Positions 38,847 through 51,254 of a DNA stretch of 64,000 nucleotides are shown piece by piece. The notes under the pieces were generated by a model, which was not told the origin of the DNA, searched no databases, and saw only the letters and a program-made list of their open reading frames with translations. This DNA comes from Squalus acanthias (Eukaryota), in the NCBI GenBank assembly GCA_030390025.1, contig CM059447.1, forward strand, positions 21,700,001 through 21,764,000, given 5' to 3'. Positions within the stretch are counted from its first letter, which is position 1. Each line of letters begins with the position of its first letter. Position numbers and translations under genes: made by a program.

Positions 38847-39642
38847 CTGTTGTGGGATGGAGAAGTAAAAACACACACATCAGACTACAAAAAGACATGG
38901 TAAAAACAGCATTGCTCAGAATAGCTGAGTCCTTACGGAATCCATCTGCTGCTGCCAATTGTGTTGTCTAATAGGTCTTATAGAGCATTCATAACGCCTT
39001 AATTTCTATAGAAAAAGTCACACAAAGAGCTCTGTCTGGTAAATACTTTGCTGTCTGCAGGCAGTCTTTGCCTTATTTAAGATCTTTAGGCCTCCCCTAT
39101 TTACACCACCCAGGTCTCGTTTAAGCTACAGATTCCCCTCCTGTCAAAGTGGCACTGGCCCCTGATTAAGGCCCATGGATACCTCATTGTCACCTCAACC
39201 CGGGCTTGTGTCAAACTTTGCTTTCAGTCCATGGAGATTCTGACTACAGGTCATTCTCAAACAACAGAAGGTCAGGCAGGAAATGAGGAACCCATGGGGC
39301 ATTAGCAATGCTTTTGGTGTCCTCTCAAGATAGGTGAACAAATAAATGTTCCACAAAGCACTTTTAATTTATATTGAGCCTGTTGCTCCTGCCTACTTTG
39401 TTGCTGCCTGCCTTTCCTTTACTTGGCTGCAGTGATAAGACATGTTTGATATATTAGTTAACATATACATAAGAGATTACCTCCAAATAAACCCTATTGT
39501 TAGGACTGCATCCAGAGACTTTCAAGATTGTTAAAGTTATGTCATTCCCTGTGATGACCTCTCCACTGCTCTATATTTAAGTTCATAGCAAAATAAAAAT
39601 GCATTGCACCTCTTTTCTCACCCCTTCATCGCAAGAAGGAAT

Positions 39643-39780
39643 TGGCCAAGAATTTCCTCGGAGCTGCTCCTGCTCTGCCACCACAGCTTAGCCGAAAGTG
39701 CGATAGAATGGGGTTTCCGACATTCTTCCAGCAAGGTAATGGCAGCAGAACAGGCGCAGCTCCAAGGAAATTCTCAGCCA
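39643..39780. mobile_element. ~140-bp MITE-like element with ~40-bp inverted termini
   Basis: tggccaagaatttcctcggagctgctcctgctctgcc versus the reverse complement of the right end, tggctgagaatttccttggagctgcgcctgttctgct. Confidence 0.75.
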
Positions 39781-40080
39781 GTATCTCCTTGCTGGCATAC
39801 AATTCCACACAGAAGAATCCTCCTCTAGTTCTTCACCAAAGTAGCCATTTTTTATATGTGAGCTGATATAGTGATCACTGACTGACTATTCTGGCATGGG
39901 GGACACATCTCATCCAAGCCCAATCCTGTAAACCACGCACAGGCACTGCCAGCCAGGTTATAAGTGCAAATCATGGCTGATTTTCCCTTAGTCCAATGAA
40001 GCCAGTTATATAACACCCCAAGGAGAGATCAGGTAACTCGGCACAGATCAAGAATCAATCTTGGGACCTTCTGGTCTCTA

Positions 40081-40350
40081 TGGGGGCGACTTTAACCCTA
40101 CTCGCTCAGCAGAAACCTGGTGGGTGGGCTGTTAAAATTGCCCTGGCTCTTAGCTGTCCGAAAACCGCCATAATCGCAACATCTTCAATATTTACCTGCT
40201 CTCCCGAGCAGGCAGCAAGGACATGCGCCTGGAGCCAACAGGGTCCTTCTTTACATATGCATGTTGCGGCCCGATGACATCATTGAGACCCGACTGTCAT
40301 TTTAACTCGGGCCTAAGCGGGGAATCCACCTGGAGTTAAAACCAGGGGCC
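40081..40350. mobile_element. MITE-like insertion splitting a SINE-like element
   Basis: The host reads gggaccttctggtctc|tatggctcag across the insert. Ends gggcgactttaac / gttaaaaccaggggcc resemble the termini of the 29407 element. TA on both sides. Confidence 0.6.
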
Positions 40351-40538
40351 TATGGCTCAGTTGCACACTGACTTTACCAACTGAGCCATCAGGGAGCCAC
40401 ATTGCCCCTCTTTAACTTTCTACAGTCTCCTCATTCTATACAGCTCTCTTACAAAATGTCTTGACCTGTATTGTAGTGATCTATTTTCAAGGTAGTCCCT
40501 GCAGCATACTCAGTTCATGCACACAGACAGACACATAT

Positions 40539-40542
<4 letters not shown>

Positions 40543-40574
<32 letters not shown>
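40543..40574. repeat. (AC)n microsatellite, ~16 units
   Basis: Read directly. Shorter (AC)n tracts at ~26712-26728 and ~27188-27209. Confidence 0.95.
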
Positions 40575-40577
<3 letters not shown>

Positions 40578-43500
40578 TATATCCACATCTTTGGCTTTCA
40601 GTTGGTTAATGTGACTTAAATATAGCAGCGGAGGCATCAGTCACTTTATTGAAAATCAGCCAACCAGCAGTTTGCCTGCTTGAGCTAACTTAAAAGTCAG
40701 GGAATGAAATTTAAACAACTTAGGAAAGAAAACCAATCATAGTGCTTTCATCAGTAAAAATGAGACAATATTCCATTCGGGAAAGATTGGTTTGGCCTTA
40801 ACCATATTGCAACAATACCAAATTCTTAGTAAAGAAATAGATGACTCACCAGAAACTTAAAATTAACTTCAGCATTTTGTAAATAAAATTTAATTAAAGA
40901 AACATACAGACTCACTTTTTTTTCTCCAACCTAAATTCATTAGAAAACCAGATACACTTCACTCATAGCATCAACCAACGCATTGTTATAACGTTTTTTT
41001 TGAGCTTTATACGGGCTAGAATATGAACAAACTTCATTGTTTTGCTCTTAGCTCGGCCAGGGCTTTATTTTCTTTTATGTTTTGAGTGAAAGAGGTTGCC
41101 CTAGCAACAGGGGGAAAAAAGAAAAATGCAGAAACATTGCAAGTAATACAGAATCAGCCCCAACACAGCTAAAAGTCTGATCTAAATGGAAGTGTAGTCT
41201 GTGCTAACTCCTCTGTGTTTACAATTAAGTTTAAAAAAAAACCACCGAGATTTCCCTGGTTCTTTGCTTGCTGCTCATTCGAAAATTACATTTAACAGAT
41301 GCAGAGATGGGGGCAGTGCAGACTGGAACTCAGGCATAAACCTCTATCTGTGGACAATAGAGCACAAATGAGTGCACAGTAGCAGGGTTTTCTTCTTGTT
41401 CAACAAGATTGATTGAAAAACAAATTGCTGCAAATAAAGCATGTAATTAGATTAAAACCCTCGCCCAAGTTACCAGGACTGAAACCAAATGGTTGGCATT
41501 TGAGTAGGCAAGGTCCAATTTGCATTTTTTTGTCCTCTGCTCTTTGCAGACAGTGTGAAGCAACTTCTGGAACATTCTGCACAAGCCGAAGACATAAAGA
41601 AATGTATTCCCTGAAGTAAATCTTCAAGGAATCTGATTAAATAGCAGAGGGATAACTTTAAAAATGAAAGCACTAACTATGTTGATTAAATATCAGACAT
41701 CCTGTGGCAGTTCAGTTATGAAGTGAAAGTATAAACACTGGCCCCTTTTTTTTCCAGGAAGTTCCTTCTGAATAATAGTACAGCTGCAAAGAATAGAGGG
41801 TCGCATGCCATCATTCATGACAGATAACAATGTCTGTTTTGTCCCGAACAAATGACTTCAAATTTTATATATAGCTGAATTATTTAACTACCCTCATAAC
41901 TCTGTGTGCTGTTCCCCAGAGGGGGTGGCAAAGACTTCAGGACATTTATCGGACCCAGCTTCTCACACCTGTTACACAGCTGCTGTGCATTCCTCTCCAG
42001 GTTGTTTGTGTCTACTCCGAATCGCAGGCCGTTTAAAGAGGGTTTTTTTTTGGAGGCACCTGATCACAAGGGCTGCAGCCTGCCAACCAAGTAAGATTTC
42101 GGCAAACCCTATTATTACTGCTGAATATAGATTGAATTTTATGGCCATTTTGTGCACCTTTATCATTAGGGCTCGTGATTTGGTATCATTGACATCGCAA
42201 AAGAAACTAGCATTTTCACTTCACTTTTCTCTAAAATTACAGTACGTGGGCAGCAAACTGGGCTACATGAGTTAAGTATAGAAGTTCACAGGATTTGTCA
42301 CGGGAGATTGTACTGTGCAAAAATCACTTGCACTAAGAACATAACCATCATAACTAAACTTTTACACAGAAAAGATGTCCCTACATGAGAAATACGACGA
42401 GTTAAGCAGAGAGCATTAGTGCATCTATTCAACCCTCACAATGCTCCTTTCCTGTCCCCGGATTGTTTATGTTTAGGTTCCTTGGTTATAAACATATTTA
42501 AAATGTCTAAACAATAGCAGATTTTTTCTTGTGATTCAACGTTAAAAAAAAAAATTCAACTAGAACTTTCGAGAAGGTGTCAGGTGAATTTAAAGTACTT
42601 CCCTGGAAATGGAGATAATTCTCGGCCTCAGTTAACTTGCTTCAGTCTAAAACTCCTCCAGGGGCTGGTTACAGAGTAACTATTAATGGGGCTTAGGAAG
42701 AGGTTGCTGTTCATCCCTGGCCCATTGGGCACAGAAGGGGAGAAAATAAAAATGTGTAATGCAGTGGAACTGGGTGTGTTTTGTCCCCTTGCTGTTTCCT
42801 ATAGTAACTAATCTCGATCTCAGCAAAGGCTTTCTAGCAGGCACTCGTCCTGAGGGAAGGCAAGATAATTGCAGAGCGCAGAGCTCAGCATATTTATGTA
42901 GCCCTTTTGCACTCCAAGGATGCATTGGGCATCACTAAAGTTTTTGGCCCCAATTTTCCAAGTCTCTGGGGCCTTGCTGGCAGCGGGAGTGGGTCAGGAC
43001 ATCCAGCCCTGTCTTCCCGCACCCGATTCATGTCATGCCGATTTTCCGACGGGTAATTTGGGGGCCAGAAAATGAAACCATGTTGGCGGCATGAAGCCCA
43101 GCCTCCTTTGGCGCATTTCCTGCAGCAGGACCTTCAACCTTTCAGCATCAAAAGTAGCAATGCTGCCCACATGTCACTGTGCGCCAGTCAATTTTTGTGT
43201 CAACATCACGACTTCCCCTTTAATGGGGAGCTGCAGCTCTTTAAGAGATGTTCTCTTGCCAGATCTTCCACTCCCCAGCCAATTGCACTATTAGCAAAGT
43301 TCCCTTGGCAAGCTACTTACGTGCCAGTAGTCTATTGAAAGCAGGGAGAGGGGCCTCCTTCGGAAAATTCAGTGTAATCTACCCTCTTAGCTGTTGATAC
43401 AGACAAACCTGTGCCAAGGGACAACGCAACCCCATTTTTGCCATCAGGAGAAAATCAGGACTGTGGTGTAAATCTCGAGTCAGAGCGCAGACTGCCTCCG

Positions 43501-43629
43501 GCAACAAGAGGCTTGGAGCGGGTAACTCCTCGGCAGGGTTAAACTGGGTGTAACAAAGCATTTTGGGGCAGCCTGAGGTTATGAAAGGTGATATATAAAT
43601 GCAAGTTCTTTCTTTCTTGAACATATCAC

Positions 43630-44056
43630 AAAGAGAAAAGAAAGACTTGCATTCATACAGCGCCTTTCACGACCACCGGACGTCCCAAAGCGCTTTACAG
43701 CCAATGAAGTACTTTTTTGAAGTGGAGTCACTGTTGCAATGTAGGAAACGCGGCAGCGAATGTGCGCACAGCAAGCTCCCACAAACAGCAATGTGATAAT
43801 AACCAGATAATCTGTTTTTTAGATGTTGATTGAGGGATAAATATTGGCCAGGACACCGGGGAGAACTCCCCTGCTCTTCTTCGAAATAGTGCCATGGGAT
43901 CTTTTACGTCCACCTGAGAGAGCAGACGGGGCCTCGGTTTAACGTCTCATCCGAAAGACGGCACCTCCGACAGTGCAGCACTCTGGAGTGTCAGACCAGA
44001 TTTTTGTGCTCAAGTCCCGAGAGTGGGACTTGAACCCACAACCTTCTGACTCTGAC
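43630..44056 (-). mobile_element. Deu-domain tRNA-derived SINE (SacSINE1/AmnSINE1-like), lacking the extreme 5' end
   Basis: B-box GGTTCAAGTCCC on -, Deu core gtctttcggatgagacgttaaaccgagg...gatcccatggcactatttcgaagaagag, and an L2-type tail. Confidence 0.9.
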
Positions 44057-44649
44057 AAGGATACTGGAGGAATGTTAAACATTTTAAAAGTAAAGGAGAT
44101 ACAAATAAAGGAAAAGCAAAATACCAAAATCTTCCATTATAAGACATCTGCATCTGAATCCATTAAAAATGTGGAGTTGAGACAAGTTTTTCCATCTGTT
44201 CTATTGACAATAAGCAATTTTATTGGTTTTGATCTGGCCCCATAATGAGGAGGCTTGATTAAGTTGGGTCATACTCAATCTAGTAGCTGATCTGAAGCCA
44301 ATTGACTCATTGTTGCTAAAAATGGAAACCAGATTATTCGTGCTCTCCACAAGAGCAACTGTATCCCTTTTATTGTCCTAGTTTCAAAGTCAAATTAACA
44401 CAACATATCATATCCCAATTCCAACCACAAAAAATACTAAAGAAAGCCAAAAAAAAAGACTATCACAGTCATCAGGTCAAACTCATACACGATTGTCGGC
44501 CCCGAACCATGCCTCCCGGGAGAGACAAAGAAAAAATGCAGAAAGAAATCCTATTACCAATTCAGGAGAAACTGGGAAATTCCTCTTCACCTTCCACTTT
44601 CTTAATGCAAGGTGCCAGGTGACTGGAGTAGCCATAATGACAGCTAACA

Positions 44650-45470
44650 ACTTACCCTCTATAACTGAAATGTGCTCTTCTATTAGGAACTTGTTAAGTT
44701 CCTCTTCAAAGGACTGTAATAACTGCTTACCCAGCACATATTTCGGTAAACTGTTCCAGAGGGTGATGACTTTCTGCAAAAATAAATATTTCCTAGCACC
44801 TAACCTAACTCTTTGCCTGAAGTTTTTATATGCATTCTCCCCAGTCCAATCCCTTCATCGTTTTAATAACCTCAATCATATCACCCTAAGTCTATGTTTC
44901 TCCCAAGTAAATAGCCCTAACTCTTACATAAGGAAGAAATAGGAGCAGGAGTAGGCCATTCGGCCCTTCAAGCCTGCTCCGTTTCCATACAAGAGGTCTT
45001 GTATGGAAGCCTGTCCTCATAACTAAGAGCTCAAAGGTTAGCTATCAGCCCGATCACCCTCTTCTGCAACTTCTCTGGAGTCTCAATATCCTTCACCATG
45101 CGTGGGAATCAAAATTGGACTCGGTGCGGAAGGATGAAAGCCTTATTTAGCCCAAGTATAGTACTTTGTACTCGATGGTCCAAACAATGCAATCTAAAAT
45201 CCTATTTGTTTTCCCTATAACTTGACACTGTTTCTGCACCTTTAATTACTCTGATGTAAATAGTTAATCAATTACCTTTAATGAGTACCCAGCCTGAAAT
45301 ATCTTAAGCCCCCAAATGCATGACACTGAATTTGGCCACATTTAAAGGACGCCTGCCACAAACAGGCCCATTCCCCTAACCTGTCTACAGTGATCTGCAA
45401 ATTACAGATTGAGTCTGAGTTTCTAATCCCTGCACACATTTTTGTATCATCAGCAAATTTAAGCATTGTG
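44650..45470 (-). mobile_element. Old decayed CR1 LINE containing a short younger CR1 tail at ~44924-44981
   Basis: ORF fragments LKFADDTKM...LQ..VDRLGEWA..WQ..F and QKVITLWNSLP. Confidence 0.8.
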
Positions 45471-45783
45471 TACCTCAGTGAGGAATCAACATTTCCAGGA
45501 GGGGAGAAAATTGGTAAGAAATGTTAGAGATTCAGACAGGGAATGCCCATTATGGATTTTAGGAATCTTGTGTAAATGTGTCAAAGATATGGGATTACAT
45601 TTTTACAAAGATAAGTTCCAGATAAACGGAAAAAATAACAGACATTTTCCTCTTTACCGCACCTGGGGAACGCTCAGTTTCCAGCGCCAATTTGTTAGGT
45701 TTCCACCCCCATTACCCTGCCCTGGGAATTCTGGTGCCAGCAAAGAGTGTAACTGGCCGCTTGAGTGAGGTATTCTTAGGCAG

Positions 45784-45948
45784 CTCTACTCGGAGCTCCG
45801 ACACGGCAAGAGAGCCCCAGGTGGGCAGAGGAAACGCTTCAAGGACACCCTCAAAGCCTCCTTGAAAAAGTGCAACATCCCCACCGACACCTGGGAATCC
45901 CTGGCCCAAGACCGCACAAAGTGGAGGAGAAGCTTCCGGGAAGGCGTA
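45784..45948 (+). mobile_element. RTE-clade LINE ORF C-terminal fragment
   Basis: Open frame LYSELRHGKRAPGGQRKRFKDTLKASLKKCNIPTDTWESLAQDRTKWRRSFREG, the typical RTE C-terminal motif (LY.EL..G.R..G.Q.KR.KD.LK...WE..A.DR..WR). Confidence 0.85.
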
Positions 45949-47249
45949 TTGGATGGCAGTTGGCACCCATAGAACCACATCCCAGGGAGTCAGTGTTGTC
46001 AGGAGAGAAAGGGAGAAAATTAGAGCGGGGAAAACTATGTTAAAAAGTGGTTTAAATGGATCTGATTTTAACGGCAGAGGCCTTGCTCTTCACACTGACA
46101 GTGTGTTGCTGCTGAGGGCAGAAGTGGAAGTCACTTAGTATGCTGGTGAAACACGACATCTGGGCAGGATTTTTGAAGTTTGTTTAACTGAACACATATC
46201 AGTCTCTTCTGATTATGAAAGCCAGATCTATGTGGGTAGTGAAAGTCCATCAGTAACAATATGCAAAATAATGCAAACGATGCTTTGTGTGAATGAGGGT
46301 CATAGGAAGTAGCGGTTGCCTGTTTGACCTTTTCCACCGCCATAGTGTAACCTTTGGCACTTTGAGGGTGAATGTGAAATCATGATGTCAACCTCACACA
46401 GTTTATTTTCTTCATTTGTAGATCATGGTTTAGCACTTAAAGAAATCTGAACCTAGTTGTAAATCTAGGCTCCGAAACTGACCACAAAACCACGTCAAAA
46501 TAGGGCCGTAGGCATTTTACTGGTTTAATGATTTAATATCCCATTCATAATCTTTTCCCTGGAAATGTGTTATAGTGAATGTCTTGCACTATAACATAAA
46601 ACATTGCCTAAAAAAGTCAAGAGTCCACTGACTAGCACCCTTACAACAACAGTGGTTAGAACAGAGCTCACTGGAGAGAAGCTGGAGTATAGTATTCAGT
46701 CATTGAGTTCTTCTCTAGTCCATAATAACAGTGCTGGAGGATGAAGCATTTATTTTAGCTTTTTTTAAATAGCATTAAGATGTACATACACAATTAAAAT
46801 GCTGGTGCAGCTGACCAGTCATCATCTGGACAAAAGGTTGATATTCTGATGAAAGGTTACACATCAACCTATGTTTCTCTTTCATGTGCTGACCCAAATT
46901 AAAATGAGCAACAAAAAAAATGTAGAAATTTAATTCAGTGTGCTTTCTCATTCCAAATAATTACTATGAAAGAACAATGTATACTGGGAGGAGGGCAGGT
47001 GGGTAGGGGGAAATGGAGGGGCATAACCTTGTAAGCATATCATCTCAACAACCCAACCCGATCCTCTGGATTCTGTTTCACAGACCACACAAGGTTCATT
47101 GTCAAAGGACAGGCTAACTTGTATGTTTAACACTGAAATTGACCCCACCTGACTTCATACTGCCATATCCTGACTGATCATTGTGTTCCTCTTTACGATT
47201 AAATTGTGAGATTAATGGAACGTAGACTTTTATTCCCTTGTCTACACAT

Positions 47250-48822
47250 GTGGCCACCTCCTCAACCTCCCACTCTTGAAAGATCTCAATCTCTTCATGA
47301 TAATTTTGGGGCCCTTCTACTGTCCGCTGTCCCTAACCCCTTCATTCTCTTTTTCTGCCCCTGAGAAAATTACCCCCAATTCCCTGACAAATGCGCTCGC
47401 TAATTCCCAATTCCATTGGAAATTTTCTTCTGGCCCATCACCCACACTGACAACGACTCCTTCATCAATCTGCCCCACAACTGACTTACCTCCATTTTAA
47501 AATACTAACATCCAACCAGATCCTTGATGGTCACCCATCCCTGGTGTTCCTCAAGGTACAACACCTACCTCTGTGGACAGAATTCTATGGGTGGCAGGCT
47601 AGAGCAGATTATGTATGTCTTGGCCGTCCAACATCAGACCTGACTTGATCAACTCAAGCAATACTGTGACTCCCTCTCTGTGGTTAAATCCTCCTATTAC
47701 TCCAGTAAGGTCCCTCTGCTATCCTCGACAGTAAAGGCTACCATTGACCACTCATCCTTCCTCATTTATCTTGCCTCCATGGTCCATCTCTTCAGCACCC
47801 ATGCTGTCATGGTTCCCCTCTGACCCAATGCACTCACTATATCTCTTCAATTAGTTTCTCCTCCCATATCTGCATGGTCACCTTTGGTGTGTCTCAGGGA
47901 TCCATCCTTGTTCTACTTCTAATCATCATTTACATGCTACCTCTTGGGCTATGGTCTGCAAGCACAGAGTCAACTGCCACATGTGTGGTGACAGCACACA
48001 ATCCTACATCTCTGGCACCAACATCTACTCTAAGGCAATTGATGCATTTCTGACTGAGTGCCCAACACCAAGTCATGAAACAGTTGAAATTTCCTTCAGC
48101 TCACCATTCACAAAATTTTAATTGCATTTTTCAGCTTCTACTTGGTCCAATACCACAAACCTGTTGGCTACCCACTCAGAATGCAATCACATTTTAATCC
48201 TGAGCTGACCTTTCATTCCCCACATCTGGTCTGTATCCAAGACTATATTCCTACGCCTCTGGACATTACCTGCTTATATCCCTACCTCCCACCCACCACT
48301 GCTGAAATCCTAATCCATGCCTTCATCACCTTGAGAATCGATTTCTCAAATGCCATCCTCGTCATCCTCCCTGCTTCCATCCTTCACAGAATTCAAATAA
48401 TCCAGAACAAAGTCCAACACACCTATTGCCCCTATCCTTGTCAAGTTAATTGATTTCATGATCTTAGCTTTTAAAAAATCCCTCCATGGCCACACTCCAA
48501 CCAGTCTGAGTGATTTTTATTTCGGCATCCTCCACTCTTCTGACTCTGGACCACAGCTTGCTCATGCTCTATCAGTTCTATCATCAAAGGCCAATGTTTC
48601 AAATCACTATGACACTGTTTTGTGAATTCTTCCTCAAAATCGCTCCATTTCGCCACTCTCTTCAAAATTCTCCCAGAAATCCACCTCTTCAATCTATCTT
48701 CGGTTCCTTCCCCTTCTCTCAAACCCTCCTTTTTCTTGCTTGGTGTCCACCTCGCTACCTGTAAAGTATTCTGAGTTGTTCTTTTATGTGAGGAGCATTG
48801 TATAAATATCATTTGCTGTTGA
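47250..48822 (+). mobile_element. Old decayed L2 LINE (RT to 3' end)
   Basis: GVSQGSILVLLLIIIYMLPLG at ~47886 and AEILIHAFITLRIDFSNA at ~48300. C/T-rich sense strand with a tataaatatcatttgctgttg tail. The 5' boundary is uncertain. Confidence 0.75.
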
Positions 48823-50552
48823 ATAAAAGTAGCTTTAATTGTACATTCATTGCTCATTGATGTGAAAACATTGAAAGAAAAAAGTTGATTTCTAGTAATA
48901 CTGGTGGAAAGAACAGTTGAAGGATAAAACTGAATTAAATCCTAATTTTTTTTAATGTGTCCAGACTTTCATATCAGCACACTAAATGTAATAGAGACTA
49001 TTATGATATCATAGGTTCTCTCGTTGAAGACCCAAATTTAAATATGGCCAATTGCTGGGTAATGCAAAGGACATGCTCGGGGCAAATGCTCAGAATTGTA
49101 TCAGGTCAGTCAAATCCCAGTTGAAAGCCAGATCCCATAGCAACTAATTTGAAAATCCTTCCTCTGGAAAGCCTAGTGTTTGAGTTAAACATGGCACAGC
49201 ATGTGATCCTCTTTGGAGTGAATTGCACAGCCAGGAAAATAATGGGATACTTGGCTTAGTCGATTCACACTGTAATTGGCTCAGTGTTCCGATGTAGTCA
49301 GTTCACACCTAAAATCTGAAGAATCTACAAAAAAACATTTTCTGAAAATGTCAGCTGTATAGTTCAGGTCTCGGCTGTTTAGCCCTGGAGACTGATATTA
49401 TATTCCCAGATGTCAGGATATTGCTTTTCTATTCTCCTCTATGGGTTTTTTTCATGCTTTGCTGTATTATCCTCTGCTTTCTGTTCTTAATTTACTGCAT
49501 GAAAGTTTCTATTAAATTTTCCCTGTATTATTATTTATTTTGGGTTCTTTCTTCCTTGCCCTCAGACGATGAGATGCCCATTCTCTTTCCCTGGCAGATA
49601 GGCTTGGAAGACAACTTAATGCCAGACTATCTCACTCTTGGCCGAGGTGACTGGTCTCCAATATTTCCCTTCCTCCTTAAATCCCTGACTTCCTCTCACC
49701 ACATCCAACATGTTCTCCGTTTGTTGGGATACAGTACATTTGTAACTGGATAAATACAAAATACATTCTCCCATTTTGAAATTCCTTGCCTTGCCAATGT
49801 GCCACTCAACTATGGAATGGGGTAATGCTTGGAACCATATAATTATTTTCTCCTCTTCTATTTTCCACAAAGCACTAGCAACTACGAGAATAAACATCCA
49901 TTGTGCAGGCTGGTAGAGTGGATCAGAGAATATCGCTCTATGCGAACAACATGGCACCAACCTTATCATTGCCCTTCCCATCATTTTTGAAAACAATTCA
50001 AGAATTCAGCTGGCTCTCAGAGTAGTGAACCAGTCCAGAATTGAGGGCATTGGTCTTCCCAGGACAATCTGAAACCAATGAGAAGCTATGGACAGAGGTG
50101 GGCTTTAAATACCTGGGAATAACCAGCCCATTGGAACATCTGCCAATCTGAGCCATGGACTGTGCCTAGGTCGACCAAAATGTCAGAAGGCGTAGGATGC
50201 CTTTCTGCAGATCCTCTCGATTAAACAATTCATAAAAGAAAAAGAAAGACTTCCATTTCTATAGCGCCTGTCACCTCCAAAGCACTTTGTTGGTTAAGAG
50301 ATAAATATTGGCCAGGACGGCCCTACCCAGGATCAATTAGGATTAGTGCTGTTGCAGCACTTCCTGCCCTTCTAAATACCACACACTATCTAATCCTCAT
50401 CTGAATCTAAATGTAGAGAACTGTGCAAGATCCGGAATGTACGTATCTGCAACAACCATGTAATATCATACATGCCAGCAATCTGTTTCACTTGAAGCCA
50501 GTATTTTGGAGTCATGTCCATTTGTCCAAGTTTATGGTCACAATTCAGCTTT

Positions 50553-51010
50553 GCTGTGGCTCAGTGGGTAGCACATTTGCCTCTGAGTCAGAAGGTTGTG
50601 GGTTCAAGTCCCACTCCAGGGACTTGAGCACATAAAGCTAGGCTGACACTCCAGTGCAGTGCTGTACTGTCGGAGGTACCGTCTTTCGGATGAGACGTTA
50701 AACCAAGGCCCCATCTGCTCTCTCAGGTGGACATAAAAGATCCCAAGGCACTATTTCGAAGAAGAATAGGGGAGTTATCCCCGGTGTCCTGGCCAATATG
50801 TATCCCTCAACCAACATCACAAAAACAGATTATCTAGTCATTATCACATTGCTGTTTGTGGGACCTTGCTGCGCACAAATTGGCTGCCGCATTTCCCACA
50901 TTACAACAGTGACTCCATTTCAAAAGTACTTCATTGGCTGTAAAGCGCTTTGAGACGTCCGGTGGTCGTGAAAGGCGCTATATAAATGCAAGTCTTTCTT
51001 TTCTTTCTTT
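50553..51010 (+). mobile_element. Near full-length Deu-domain tRNA-derived SINE (SacSINE1/AmnSINE1-like)
   Basis: A-box TGGCTCAGTGGG (50557), B-box GGTTCAAGTCCC (50601-50612), Deu core, and tail aaaggcgctatataaatgcaagt followed by (CTTT)n. Confidence 0.92.
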
Positions 51011-51032
51011 CTCTGCCCCGCAAAGAAAGGGG

Positions 51033-51254
51033 TAGAACAGTGTCTGTATGAACTGGGGGGCCGCGGGGTGGGATGGGGGCTAGAACAGTGTCTGTATAAA
51101 CTGGGGGGATGTTGGATGGGGGGGGCTAGAACAGTGTCTGTATGAACTGGGGGGGACGCGGGGTAGGGTGGTGGCAGCTGGAACAGTGTCTGTATGAACT
51201 GGGGGGATGCGGGGTAGGGGGAGGGGAGCTGGAACAGTGTCTTTATGAACTGGG
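51033..51254 (+). repeat. G-rich minisatellite, 5 units with 46-52-bp period
   Basis: Core tRgaacagtgtctgtatgaactggg starts at 51033, 51081, 51127, 51179 and 51230, with G-run linkers. Confidence 0.93.

Noticed and set aside
38847-38958. N-terminal extensions of ORFs overlapping NTN1 exons (also 54477-54543 and 56789-56828)
   Set aside because: Intronic polypyrimidine-tract read-through upstream of clear AG acceptors.
49421-49753. Hydrophobic 110-aa ORF resembling a membrane protein
   Set aside because: A product of T-rich intronic composition, with no splice or homology support.
50553-50620. tRNA gene
   Set aside because: The A/B boxes belong to the SINE head and run directly into the Deu domain.
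51033-51254. CRISPR-like repeat-spacer appearance
   Set aside because: The linkers are related G-runs rather than unique spacers, there are no cas genes, and the context is a vertebrate intron.
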